Source: an uncultured Conexibacter sp.
GTDB taxonomy: Bacteria; Actinomycetota; Thermoleophilia; Solirubrobacterales; 70-9
NCBI GenBank assembly: GCA_964641695.1
Contig: CAZXKG010000003.1
Location: 84-64,083 of the forward strand
Reading direction: 5' to 3'
DNA: 64,000 bases
This document shows, piece after piece, positions 36,867 to 45,343 of this stretch. A program made the position numbers and the translations under genes. The notes beneath the pieces are model-generated. The model searched no databases, was not told the origin of the DNA, and worked only from the letters and a program-made list of their open reading frames with translations. Within the stretch, counting starts at the first letter, position 1; the number at the start of each line of letters is the position of its first letter.

Positions 36867-38012
36867 GTGCATGACGTGAGCTCCGCCAAGATCACCAGCC
36901 GGGTCGTCGACGATCCCGGGGACCTCGGCCCGCACCTGGGCGGATGGGACGAGCTGGCGGTGGCCGCCGGCCGGCCCTTCTGCGCACCCGGATGGATGCT
37001 CGCCTGGTGGAAGCATGCGCGGACCGGCGACGCACGGCTGCGAGTGGTCCTCGTCTTCGAGGAGGCCGGGGGCGCCGAGCGCCTAATCGGAGTCGGCCCG
37101 TTCTTCGCCCGGATGCGGAACTTCGGGATCGCCGAGATGCGACTGCTCGCCGCAGGGTTCTGCCATCGGATCGGGCCGCTCTCGGCCCCCGGGCGGGCGG
37201 CAGCCGTGGGTGCCGAGCTCGCCAACGCCCTCGCCGGGATGAGCCCGCGGCCGGCGAGCGTCGTCTTCGAGGGGATCGACGCCGACGATCCCTGGCCTGA
37301 GCTGGTCGCCGGCGCCTGGCCGAGCGGGCGTACTCCCGGAGTCCGCGAGGACCGGCTGATGGACTCGCTGGTGGTCGAGCTCGGCGACTCCTACGAGGAG
37401 TGGCTCGCCTCGAAGTCGAAGAACTTCAGAGATCAGGCCCGCCGCCGCGGCCGCCGGCTCGCCGACGAGGGCGTCGAGCCGCGAATCGCCGGCGAGGACG
37501 CCGCGGCGGATCTGATGCGCCTCCACTACTCGCGCTGGGATGAGCGCGGCGGCTCCGGGGTGCCGGAAACGGCGTCGAAGGTGATAGCCGAGGCGGCGCG
37601 CACACTCCCCCCGGAGCGCCTTCAGATCGCGGTCCTCGGCGGCGAGCAGGGCATCGTCGCCGCGCAGCTCCTGGTCACTGCGGGCGCGGTGTCCGCTTAC
37701 TGGGGCGGCGGGTTCGACGCCTCCCTCTCGAAGCACGCACCCGGCAACCAAGCGCTGCTGGCGGCGTTCGAATCGCTCTCAGCGCACGGCGTAACCGAGA
37801 TCGACCTCGGCGGCGGCGATCAGGACTACAAACGCCGCTTCACCGACCGGCACCGCCCGCTGGCGTGGCGGACGGTCTACCCACGCGGCTGGCGCCGGCT
37901 CCTTCTGCGGACGATGCTCGCCCCCAAGCACACGAAGCAGCGGGCCCGGGAGGCCTTCCGCAAGCTCCCGCCGGAACGTCAGCAGAAGATCAAGCGCCTG
38001 CTCAGACGCTGA
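36867..38012 (+). CDS. GNAT-superfamily (CelD/BioF2-like) acetyltransferase
   Basis: 381-aa ORF. N-terminal W..LA....FCAPGWMLAWW and C-terminal ...GNQALLAAFESL...IDLGGGDQDYKRRF resemble the CelD/BioF2-like GNAT family. Confidence 0.7.
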   Translation: MHDVSSAKITSRVVDDPGDLGPHLGGWDELAVAAGRPFCAPGWMLAWWKHARTGDARLRVVLVFEEAGGAERLIGVGPFFARMRNFGIAEMRLLAAGFCHRIGPLSAPGRAAAVGAELANALAGMSPRPASVVFEGIDADDPWPELVAGAWPSGRTPGVREDRLMDSLVVELGDSYEEWLASKSKNFRDQARRRGRRLADEGVEPRIAGEDAAADLMRLHYSRWDERGGSGVPETASKVIAEAARTLPPERLQIAVLGGEQGIVAAQLLVTAGAVSAYWGGGFDASLSKHAPGNQALLAAFESLSAHGVTEIDLGGGDQDYKRRFTDRHRPLAWRTVYPRGWRRLLLRTMLAPKHTKQRAREAFRKLPPERQQKIKRLLRR

Positions 38013-38025
38013 ACAGGCGCAAAAC

Positions 38026-38114
38026 GGAGAGGGAGGGATTCGAACCCTCGAGAGAGCTTGCGCCCCCTACTCGCTTAGCAGGCGAGTGCCTTCAGCCGCT
38101 CGGCCACCTCTCCA
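38026..38114 (-). tRNA. tRNA-Ser (anticodon GCT)
   Basis: Hand-folded. Acceptor GGAGAGG/CCTCTCC, anticodon arm CTCGC-CTGCTAA-GCGAG, long variable arm, T arm GAGGG-TTCGAAT-CCCTC. 89 nt. Confidence 0.9.
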
Positions 38115-38199
38115 AGACTGGATTCTCGGCTTGTACAAGCCATCCGACGCACAAGTGACTAGTAGCTTGGCTTCGACCGACGCACTCTCAGCGCACACC

Positions 38200-38320
38200 C
38201 TCGGCCAATTGCTCTTGTCTCTGCGGCTCCAGACATCCAGGGCCGCGACTTTACCGGCATCCTCAGCGAGACCGTCGATCAGATGCCATGAGAGACGTGC
38301 AAAGGTCGCGATCGATGCTG
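38200..38320 (-). pseudogene. Remnant of a tyrosine-integrase 3' end
   Basis: SIATFARLSWHLIDGLAEDAGKVAALD aligns with the C-terminus HSIATCARIYAHLIDGFADEGDEVVSLD of the intact integrase at 41176..42252. Only ~25-35 codons remain. It abuts the 5' end of tRNA-Ser. Confidence 0.55.
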
Positions 38321-38379
38321 AAGACGGCTGCAAATGGAGCCCCCGGCTGCTGGCACCGTGGACGCTACGAGCTTTTTGA

Positions 38380-38455
38380 TCTGAAGATAATCTTCCATTT
38401 ATGCGTAATATGTGCTAGATTAGAGATAATAATCCCTCTCAGTTAGGAGCTAAAC
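38380..38455 (+). promoter_or_regulatory. AT-rich promoter-like region upstream of 38456
   Basis: GATCTGAAGATAATCTTCCATTTATGCGTAATATGTGCTAGATTAGAGATAATAATCCC...AGGAGCTAAAC-ATG. Strikingly AT-rich in a GC-rich genome, with TAGATT/TAATAT -10-like hexamers and an AGGAG SD. Confidence 0.4.
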
Positions 38456-38824
38456 ATGCCAGCTTACCCGGAAGATTTCGAGAGCCTCGAAGAACTCCGC
38501 GACCTCATCAACGACAACGCCCATAACCCGTCGACCATCGAGATGGTCTCCCTCCGAGAGGCCTACGGCGCAAAGCGGCTCGGTGTCCACATACGAACAA
38601 ACATCAGCCAGCACCTAGCCGGACTCGGGCTCGGTCATTACCCGCGCCAGCTTCCCGACGACCAGACGGAGCACGTTCGCGTTTACAAGTTGGGTAGCCC
38701 AGCGGCCAACTTGATCGGCGCCGTTCTTAACCCTTCGCAGGACAACGACGACGTCATCCGATCCGCCGTCGAAGGCGGGGACACCGAGCTAGTCGAGCAG
38801 ATCCGGGAGCTGGTCTGCAAGTAG
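38456..38824 (+). CDS. Hypothetical protein (122 aa), low-GC
   Basis: ATG preceded by AGGAG. Acidic 122-aa product. Visibly lower GC than the surrounding genome. No motif recognised. Confidence 0.6.
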   Translation: MPAYPEDFESLEELRDLINDNAHNPSTIEMVSLREAYGAKRLGVHIRTNISQHLAGLGLGHYPRQLPDDQTEHVRVYKLGSPAANLIGAVLNPSQDNDDVIRSAVEGGDTELVEQIRELVCK

Positions 38825-39083
38825 AGCCGGCGATCGAGAAGCTCTCCCAATGCCGCCACTCAAAGCCGCAGTCGAGCTTCAGCCTCCGCTACTGAGCCGA
38901 GAGTCACCTCCGAAAGGGAAGAGGCTCTCGAAGACCCTCCGAGTTGCCTGACGATCGTCTCGATCCCCTCCGCCCCCAGCCCTCGGCAGCTCCCGAGCGT
39001 CGCCCATTCACCTTGTCCGACCAGACATGAGTGGCTGCGCCTGGGCGCTGGCTATCCACCGACGAGCGCCCTAGGCTCCCCAC

Positions 39084-40069
39084 ATGGCAGCGCGGCCGAA
39101 ATGGTGGCACATGCTCCAGGGGTCGAAGAAGGAGGCACTGCTCGCCGTAGATCTCTACAACCGGGCGGTGTCCGAGCGGAGCCTTGAGGGATTCGTCGTG
39201 CATATGCACATGGCATGGCTGTACCTGCATCACGCAAGGTTCCTCCGTGACAAGGTGGACTACCGACACCGCGAGGACAACGGGCGCTTCGTTCGCGTGG
39301 ACGGAGAGGTCAAGACATGGGAGCTTGGCCGCTGCCTGCGCCAAACGTTTCCGAACGAGAACAACGCGGTACGGGCAAACATCGAGTTCTTCATCAAGGT
39401 GCGCAACAAGATCGAGCACCGCTACGAGCACCTTCTGGCAACTGCACTCGCCGGGAAGTGCCAGGCGCTCGTCCTCAACTACGAGGAGACGCTCACGGCG
39501 TGGTTCAGCGCCGACGAGGGGCTTGGCGACAGTCTGCGGTTCCCGGTCTTCATGTCGAGCCTGACGCCGGACGCATTGAAAGCTCTCAAGGCCACGCATC
39601 AGAAGCTGCCGAAGAAGTTCACGAGCTTGATTCGTGAGCACGATGCGGCTCTGCCAAGCGACGTCACGGAGGATTGGCGCTATGACTTTCGGGTGCTCTT
39701 GCTGCCGCAGACCGGCCCGAAGACCGAGACCGACGCGGTCATGCGTTTCGTACGCGAGGACGAGATGTCCGACGAGCAACGTCGCGCCCGTGACGTGGTT
39801 CAGACGATTGTCCGCAACAAGCCGATCGCGGTCCAGAACAAGGGCCGGCACAAGCCAGGCACAGTCGCGAAGCTCGTCTCTGAGGATCTCGGACTGAAGT
39901 TCTCGAACTTCGGCCACCATGTGGCAGCGTGGCGCCATTACAGAGTTCGTCCCGACAAGAGTGCGGCGCGGCCCGAACTAACCGACGACCGCTATTGCGT
40001 ATGGGATGAGCCCCACAAGGACTATCTCTACACCGATGCCTGGGTGAAGAAGCTCGTTAGGGAGCTAGC
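39084..40069 (+). pseudogene. DUF3644-like gene disrupted by IS481-family insertion (5' part)
   Basis: N-terminus KKEALLAVDLYNRAVSERSLEGFVVHMHMAWLYLHHA resembles DUF3644-type proteins. The reading frame is cut at 40069/40070 by the IS. It resumes at 41120 and stops at 41169-41171. Confidence 0.6.
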
Positions 40070-41113
40070 TGTAATTCCTGACCACGTTGTTCATCCGGAC
40101 CTCCTTGGAGGCTGGGGGTGTCGAAGCCACCCAGATCCAAGGAGGACACCGGATGAAGCTGCACCGTAATGCGCCGCTCGGCCCGAAGGGCAGGGCGGTG
40201 ATGGTGAGAAGAGTGGTCGAGGAGAGCTGGTCGCTCATGGAGGCGGCCGCGGCCGCCGGAATGAGCGAGCGGCGCTGCGCCGAATGGGTCCGTCGCTACC
40301 GGGCCGATGGCGAGCTCGGCCTCGAGGACCGCTCCTCGGCGCCCGCGAGGGTCGCCAACCGCACTGAAGAGCGCCGGATCGAGGCGATCGCTGCGCTCAG
40401 GCGCCTGCGGATGACCGGCGCCGAGATCGCCGAGCTGCTCGAGATGCCGCTCTCGACCGTCTCGGGAGTGTTGAAGCGGATCGGTCTCGGCAAGCTCAGC
40501 CGCCTGGAGCCGCCGGAGCCGCCGAACCGCTACGAGAAGGCCCAGGCCGGCGAGCTGATCCACATCGACGTCAAGAAGCTCGGCCGGATCGGCCGCAAGG
40601 GGGCCGGACACCGGGCCACCGGCAATCGGGCCAACGGCAAGCGCTCACGCGGGGCGGGCTGGGAGTTCGTCCACGTCTGCGTCGACGACGCCACCAGGAT
40701 CGCCTACGTCGAGGTTCTACCCGACGAGAAGCGGGCCACCGCGATCGGCTTTCTGCGCAGGGCGGTGGCCTTCTACCGCTCGCATGGGATCGAGGTCGAA
40801 GCGGTGATGACCGACAACGGCGGCGCCTACCGCTCGACGATGCATGCGATCGCCTGCCGGGCGATGGGGCTGCGGCACATCCTCACCCGCCCCTACCGGC
40901 CCCGGACCAACGGCAAAGCGGAGCGATTCATCCGCACGATGCTCGGCGGCTGGGCCTACGGAGCGATCTACGGCTCCTCGGCGGAGCGCTCAGCTGCGCT
41001 GGCCGGCTGGCTCGACTTCTACAATCGCCGCCGAAGACACGGCTCCCTCGGCCACCGCCCTCCATTCGAGCGGTTAGCGGAGATCACGCGGAACAACGTG
41101 GTCGGTTCTTACA
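40070..41113 (+). mobile_element. IS481-family insertion sequence (1044 bp) with 6-bp target duplication GCTAGC
   Basis: IRL TGTAATTCCTGACCACGTTGTTC vs reverse complement of IRR TGTAAGAACCGACCACGTTGTTC (18/23). GCTAGC at 40064-40069 and 41114-41119. A CTAG-centred target is typical of IS481. Confidence 0.85.
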
Positions 41114-41118
41114 GCTAG
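40153..41118 (+). CDS. IS481-family DDE transposase
   Basis: N-terminal HTH (MSERRCAEWVRRYRADG). rve core IHIDVKKLG...WEFVHVCVDDATR...VMTDNGGAY...RPYRPRTNGKAERF. The stop TAG lies in the duplicated target, as in IS481. Confidence 0.9.
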   Translation: MKLHRNAPLGPKGRAVMVRRVVEESWSLMEAAAAAGMSERRCAEWVRRYRADGELGLEDRSSAPARVANRTEERRIEAIAALRRLRMTGAEIAELLEMPLSTVSGVLKRIGLGKLSRLEPPEPPNRYEKAQAGELIHIDVKKLGRIGRKGAGHRATGNRANGKRSRGAGWEFVHVCVDDATRIAYVEVLPDEKRATAIGFLRRAVAFYRSHGIEVEAVMTDNGGAYRSTMHAIACRAMGLRHILTRPYRPRTNGKAERFIRTMLGGWAYGAIYGSSAERSAALAGWLDFYNRRRRHGSLGHRPPFERLAEITRNNVVGSYS

Positions 41119-41171
41119 CCGACCCGAAGAAGTTCGAGGAGGTAACCGGCAAGCGGCAGGTCCCGGCTTAG
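41114..41171 (+). pseudogene. 3' remainder of the IS-disrupted DUF3644-like gene
   Basis: After removing the IS and one GCTAGC copy, the frame continues ...VRELADPKKFEEVTGKRQVPA* (TAG 41169-41171). Confidence 0.55.
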
Positions 41172-41175
41172 AAGT

Positions 41176-42252
41176 TCAGGCTGCCTCCCTTGCCTCCCCG
41201 ATCCGCTCATCGAGGGACACAACCTCGTCTCCCTCGTCCGCGAAGCCATCGATCAGGTGGGCGTAGATACGAGCGCAGGTCGCGATCGAGTGGCCGAGCC
41301 TTCGGGCGACGACCGGCAACGGAACACCCGAGGCGAGCATCAGCGAGGCAGCGGTGTGGCGAAGGTCGTAAGGCGTGATCGCCGGCAGCTCGCACGCCTC
41401 AAGCGCTCTCTTCCATCCCTGCTGTGTGAAGCTCTGCCAGGCCACACGGCTGACCGGCTGGCCATCTCTGCCCGGCAGGATCAGACCCTCGGGCCTCCCG
41501 TCGGCGAGCCGCAGCTCCTGGAGCTCGATGTAGACGGGCTCGGGGAGCGGCACGAACCGCTGCGTCTGCTGCTTGGTGAAGTCCTCGAGCTTGCCGTAGA
41601 CGTTGCGGCGCCGGACGTGGAGCTTGCGTCCGTCGAGATCCGCCCACATGAGGCCGAGCGGCTCCTGCGGCGGCCGCAGCCCTGCGTATGCGATCAGCGA
41701 GACGAGCGTCGCGTTGCGAGGCCGGCGCGTGCCGAGGAAGTGCGTCCTGAGTGCTTCGACCTGCTTCGGGGTCAGCGCGATCGGGATCTTCTTGGCGTGC
41801 CTCGGCCGGGGGATCAGCTTGAGCCTGTTGGAGGGCACCAGCTCGTCGCGTGCAGCGCGATCAAGGATCTGGGAGAGGACGTTGTAGGCGATCTGCGCGG
41901 AGCGGGTGCCGTGCTTCTCGATCACGCCGTGAAGCCACGTCTCAAGCACTCGTGAGCGTAGGTCGAGCAAGTTGTAGTCGCCCAGCTCGGGGTCGATCTG
42001 CTGCTCGATCGTGTTCGCGTAAAGGCGCTCGGTGCTCTTGCTGAGTCCGCGCTTGTGCGCCAGCCACGAGACGGCCTCGACGTGAAGCGTCGGCACGTCT
42101 GAACGCGAGAGAACCACGTCTCCCAGCTCCATCCTGCGCTTCACCTCGGCATCGAAGCGCGCCGCGTCGGCCTCGGAGGTGAACGAACGGGAGCGGTGTC
42201 GCGCGCCCTCGCGCCACCTGACGACGTACTTGCCGCTAGGCGACTGCCGCAT
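41176..42252 (-). CDS. Tyrosine recombinase / phage-type integrase
   Basis: C-terminal catalytic region ...ITPYDLRHTAASLMLASGVPLPVVARRLGHSIATCARIYAHL (R..H..R/H..Y). SAM-like N-terminal domain. ATG 42252 preferred over the TTG at 42270. Confidence 0.9.
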   Translation of the reverse strand: MRQSPSGKYVVRWREGARHRSRSFTSEADAARFDAEVKRRMELGDVVLSRSDVPTLHVEAVSWLAHKRGLSKSTERLYANTIEQQIDPELGDYNLLDLRSRVLETWLHGVIEKHGTRSAQIAYNVLSQILDRAARDELVPSNRLKLIPRPRHAKKIPIALTPKQVEALRTHFLGTRRPRNATLVSLIAYAGLRPPQEPLGLMWADLDGRKLHVRRRNVYGKLEDFTKQQTQRFVPLPEPVYIELQELRLADGRPEGLILPGRDGQPVSRVAWQSFTQQGWKRALEACELPAITPYDLRHTAASLMLASGVPLPVVARRLGHSIATCARIYAHLIDGFADEGDEVVSLDERIGEAREAA

Positions 42253-42511
42253 CCCGCTCTCGCCTCGCAAGTACCTCGGCCATGAAGTCGCTTTGGGGCT
42301 TGGGCTTCTTAGGCTTGGGCACGACCCTCAGCGAAGCCAGCCACTCTTCGAGATCGGCGTGGTAGATCCGCCAGCAGCCGAGCAGCTTCGCCCCTGGCAT
42401 CCGTCCCTCGGCGAGCGCTCGATACACCGTCGCGGGAGAGAGCCTCAGCTCGGCGGCGACCTCCTCGACTGTCAGCCACTCGGGCTCGTTCGTCTGAGCC
42501 GATCCGCTCAT
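42236..42511 (-). CDS. Excisionase-type helix-turn-helix DNA-binding protein
   Basis: EWLTVEEVAAELRLSPATVYRALAEGRMPGAKLLGCWRIYHADLEEWL (MerR/Xis-like HTH). ATGA overlap with the upstream gene stop. Confidence 0.75.
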   Translation of the reverse strand: MSGSAQTNEPEWLTVEEVAAELRLSPATVYRALAEGRMPGAKLLGCWRIYHADLEEWLASLRVVPKPKKPKPQSDFMAEVLARRERDAAVA

Positions 42512-44124
42512 GCCGCGCTCCCAACCGCGGGCGGCCGCCAGATCCGCACTCCCTCCGGCTCCCCCTTGCGCACCGGCTCGATCACGATCGCCTCGCCGAC
42601 TCCGAGCTGCTTGAACTCGTCCGGATGGCGGACGAACTCGCGCGTGCGAGTGCGTGTGCCCTCATCCGCCGGCGTTGAGGCTCCGAACTGCGAACGGGTG
42701 TGGCGGGTCAGCGTCCAGCTCGGCTTCGTCCCCGCCATCGCTGCGAGGATCTCCGCCGCCTCCGGCTCCGACTGGCGGTGAGCGACGACGTAGTCGACGT
42801 CGGCGAGCACCTGCCGGCGCAGGCTGTCGGTGACGTCGTTGGGCCGCGCGATCGTCAGGTCGGCGAAGCTCTGCGTTCCGATCAGGACGCTGAGGCCGGC
42901 CGAGCGCGAACGTGAGAGCAGCCGAGCTACCTGCTCGGCGGCGAGCGCGGCGAACTCGTCGATCACGACGAGGCCGCTCGGCTCGGAGCCGTGCAGGCCC
43001 GAGGTCACGTTGACCAGATCAACGACGACCGCCGCGCCGAGCATCTGCGAGGCGAGCGGGCGGCGATCAGCATCGAGCTCGATGTAGGCGAGGTCGCGGT
43101 TGGCGAGCACCACCGATAAGTCGAGCTCGTCCTGACTCGGCTCCAGCCAGGGGCCCAGCTCCGATTCGGCGAGCACCGCGAGTCGGTCGCGGACGCCGGA
43201 CAGCTCGCCTCGGGAACGCGGCGTCTGCTCGCGGAGGTAGGAGGCGATCAGCCGATGGACGTCCTGCTCGCCACGCTCGGCCAACGCCTCCAGCGCCTCG
43301 CCATCGAAGTAGCGGACGATCCTCGCCAAGCTCGCGGGCCATTCGCCGGCCGAGCGCATCGCCAAGAGCACCAGCCCGAGGTAACGCTGGGCCTGGCGCA
43401 GGTAGTGGGGCTCGCTGAAGGTCTCGGCGGCGAGCGCCTTGTCGGCGATCTCGGTGGGGGTGCCGCGACCGAGCGGGTTGTAGGAGGTCGGGCCGTCCGG
43501 CTTCCACTCGATGAATGAACGGCCGGCGCGGTTGGCCTCGCGGATGAGGACCGAGCGCAGGTAGTCGTCGCCCTTCGGATCGACGACTACCGCGCCAAGG
43601 CCGGCGCGGACGTAGGCGCTCGCGTGCGCGGCGAGCGTCACCGTCTTTCCGGAGCCGGGAGCGCCGGGCACGAAGCCGCGGACTCCCTGCCGGGTGCCGA
43701 GCGGCAGCGTCGCGATCGTCCGGGCGCTGGTCGTCCCGAGCACGAAGCGATCTCCACGAAGGCGATCGGTGAGCGCCCGACGTCGCGCAAGCCGCGCGCG
43801 AATCAGCGTCGGCAGCATGGCTCGCTCACGCGCTCGCCGCGCCTCCAGGCCACCACGCTCGACGCTCTGCCGGTGGCGGATCAGCCCGATTGCCACCGCG
43901 AGCGCGACCACCACGCCAGCGACCAGGCCGACGAGGGGTCGGATCAAGAACGCCGGCACCACGAGGACGACGCCGACAAGCGGTGTGCTCCAGTGAGCGC
44001 GAGAGCGCTCCACGCAGAGCACCAGCGCGACGCTCGCGCAGATGATTCCCGCGCCTGCGATCGCGACCTCCATAAGTCCCGACTCAACCCCGGAGAGGTC
44101 CGCTGCGCGACCGCTGCCCCTCAA
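42508..44124 (-). CDS. Type IV coupling protein-like ATPase (TraD/TraG/FtsK-like)
   Basis: Two N-terminal TM spans. Walker A VPGAPGSGKTVT. Walker B GLVVIDEFAAL. Start is TTG 44124 (coupled to the upstream stop) or ATG 44073 (MEVAIAG). Confidence 0.8.
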   Translation of the reverse strand: MRGSGRAADLSGVESGLMEVAIAGAGIICASVALVLCVERSRAHWSTPLVGVVLVVPAFLIRPLVGLVAGVVVALAVAIGLIRHRQSVERGGLEARRARERAMLPTLIRARLARRRALTDRLRGDRFVLGTTSARTIATLPLGTRQGVRGFVPGAPGSGKTVTLAAHASAYVRAGLGAVVVDPKGDDYLRSVLIREANRAGRSFIEWKPDGPTSYNPLGRGTPTEIADKALAAETFSEPHYLRQAQRYLGLVLLAMRSAGEWPASLARIVRYFDGEALEALAERGEQDVHRLIASYLREQTPRSRGELSGVRDRLAVLAESELGPWLEPSQDELDLSVVLANRDLAYIELDADRRPLASQMLGAAVVVDLVNVTSGLHGSEPSGLVVIDEFAALAAEQVARLLSRSRSAGLSVLIGTQSFADLTIARPNDVTDSLRRQVLADVDYVVAHRQSEPEAAEILAAMAGTKPSWTLTRHTRSQFGASTPADEGTRTRTREFVRHPDEFKQLGVGEAIVIEPVRKGEPEGVRIWRPPAVGSAA

Positions 44125-44870
44125 AGAATCTTCTCCAGCGGGAGCAGCTCGACGCGCCCTTCGGCGCGGCGGCGCTCAACCGCTCGCTCAAGCCCGCGCA
44201 TCGTCGTTCCCGAAGCCGCGTAGTAGCGAACGCGATCGACGCACCTCGTCCCTCGCCAGGCCTTGACGATCGCGTCGAGGCGTTGCGGAGCCTTCGGTGT
44301 CAGCTCGACCTCGATCGCGATCACGCCCTCCTCACCGACCAGGACGAGGTCGGGGCGATGGAGCCGAAGCGAGCCGTCTGCGTGCTCCTGAAGCGTCGCG
44401 CTTGCAAGCGGCCTGCCCTCGACCCGCTCCTGAAGGCGAAGCTCGCGCTCGCTCACGAGCACGGAGTCGGAGGGACGAGGCAGCCTGACGGCGACCCAGC
44501 CGCAGGCGAGCCAGTGGTTGCCCAGCTCCGGCGATAGCTGGGCAACTGGAAGCGGCAGGCCCGCGTAGCGGAGACCTCGCACGGTCGCTCGCAGGAATGC
44601 GGGCTGTCCGTGCAGCAGGCGGACCCGCTCCAACAACCCGGCCTCGATGCAGGCGGCAGCCCGCCGGTAGGCGACCGTGCGACCGATCCCGAACCGCTCA
44701 CGCAGCTGCGGAAGCGTCGCCGCGCCGAGCCTGCCGATCCAGCGCACGATCTCAAGGTCGCGAACCGCCGCATCCCCATCCGCGATCACCCGCTGGGCGA
44801 TGTCGTCTTGGCCGAGGAGCCGGAGTGCTCGCTCCGCTCGCCTGGTGGCAGCTGGGGGGCTCTGGTTCAT
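44121..44870 (-). CDS. Replication-relaxation (Replic_Relax)-like wHTH protein; candidate DNA-processing protein
   Basis: RDLEIVRWIGRLGAATLPQLRERFGIGRTVAYRRAAACIEAGLLERV is a wHTH typical of the replication-relaxation family. Start may be the in-frame GTG at 44789. Confidence 0.65.
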   Translation of the reverse strand: MNQSPPAATRRAERALRLLGQDDIAQRVIADGDAAVRDLEIVRWIGRLGAATLPQLRERFGIGRTVAYRRAAACIEAGLLERVRLLHGQPAFLRATVRGLRYAGLPLPVAQLSPELGNHWLACGWVAVRLPRPSDSVLVSERELRLQERVEGRPLASATLQEHADGSLRLHRPDLVLVGEEGVIAIEVELTPKAPQRLDAIVKAWRGTRCVDRVRYYAASGTTMRGLERAVERRRAEGRVELLPLEKIL

Positions 44871-45300
44871 CGAAGGGGAAGGGCGCGAGGCGGCAGGGCC
44901 AGTACAAATGCTCAGCCTGCGGATGACGCCCCGCGATCTCGCCCTCCCCGACGGGGATCTCCTCGACCTCGATCATCACCCCGAAGCTCAGCTCGATCGC
45001 GACCAGCCGCCAGCGCAGCTGCCCGTCGGCGGAGACGTACTCCTCACGCCAACCCGACTCGAACGTGCGCTCGGTGATCCGCACCGTGACGTCGGCGACG
45101 GAGAAGGCGAACGCCTGCCACGTCTCGGTGTTGAGATCGTGGATCTCGCCGAGCTTCCCGGCCGTGGTCAGCCACGTGGCCGAGCCGCTGAGCTGGGAGA
45201 CCTCCATGCCGACGTAGCCACCGGCCAGCTCGCGGAGCGCGAGCCGCGTCAGCTCGAAGTTGCAGCGCTCAGCTCTGAGCTGTCTTGGCATTCCCTCCAT
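44752..45300 (-). CDS. Hypothetical protein (about 180 aa); boundaries uncertain
   Basis: ORF in the co-directional array. The first ~140 aa have plausible composition. The C-terminal ~40 aa overlap the next gene and look non-coding. ATG 45300 lies inside the 20-bp tandem repeat. Confidence 0.4.
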   Translation of the reverse strand: MEGMPRQLRAERCNFELTRLALRELAGGYVGMEVSQLSGSATWLTTAGKLGEIHDLNTETWQAFAFSVADVTVRITERTFESGWREEYVSADGQLRWRLVAIELSFGVMIEVEEIPVGEGEIAGRHPQAEHLYWPCRLAPFPFDEPEPPSCHQASGASTPAPRPRRHRPAGDRGWGCGGSRP

Positions 45301-45335
45301 GTCTTGTGCAATCCCTCCATGTCTTGTGCAATCCC
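45292..45335. repeat. 20-bp tandem repeat, 2.2 copies (TCCCTCCATGTCTTGTGCAA)
   Basis: 45292-45311 and 45312-45331 are identical, followed by partial TCCC. On the minus strand each unit reads TTGCACAAGACATGGAGGGA (SD-like GGAGGGA plus ATG). Confidence 0.8.
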
Positions 45336-45343
45336 GGAGAAAC

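Noticed and set aside
35969-37225. 418-aa minus-strand ORF spanning three plus-strand genes
   Set aside because: It crosses intergenic regions and three independently supported genes (DUF3817-like, 95-aa, GNAT). It has junk composition.
38026-38114. tRNA-Ser 3' end as the att site of the ICE
   Set aside because: The element lies on the 5' side of the tRNA, and I found no second copy of any tRNA-Ser segment in the window. The att site remains undefined.
38067-38333. 88-aa ORF overlapping tRNA-Ser
   Set aside because: It overlaps the tRNA gene. Only its first ~30 codons have meaning, as an integrase C-terminal remnant, so it is reported as a pseudogene fragment rather than a gene.
38904-39938. 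344-aa minus-strand ORF
   Set aside because: It is antisense to the DUF3644-like gene, which has the more protein-like sequence and a reconstructable end across the IS.
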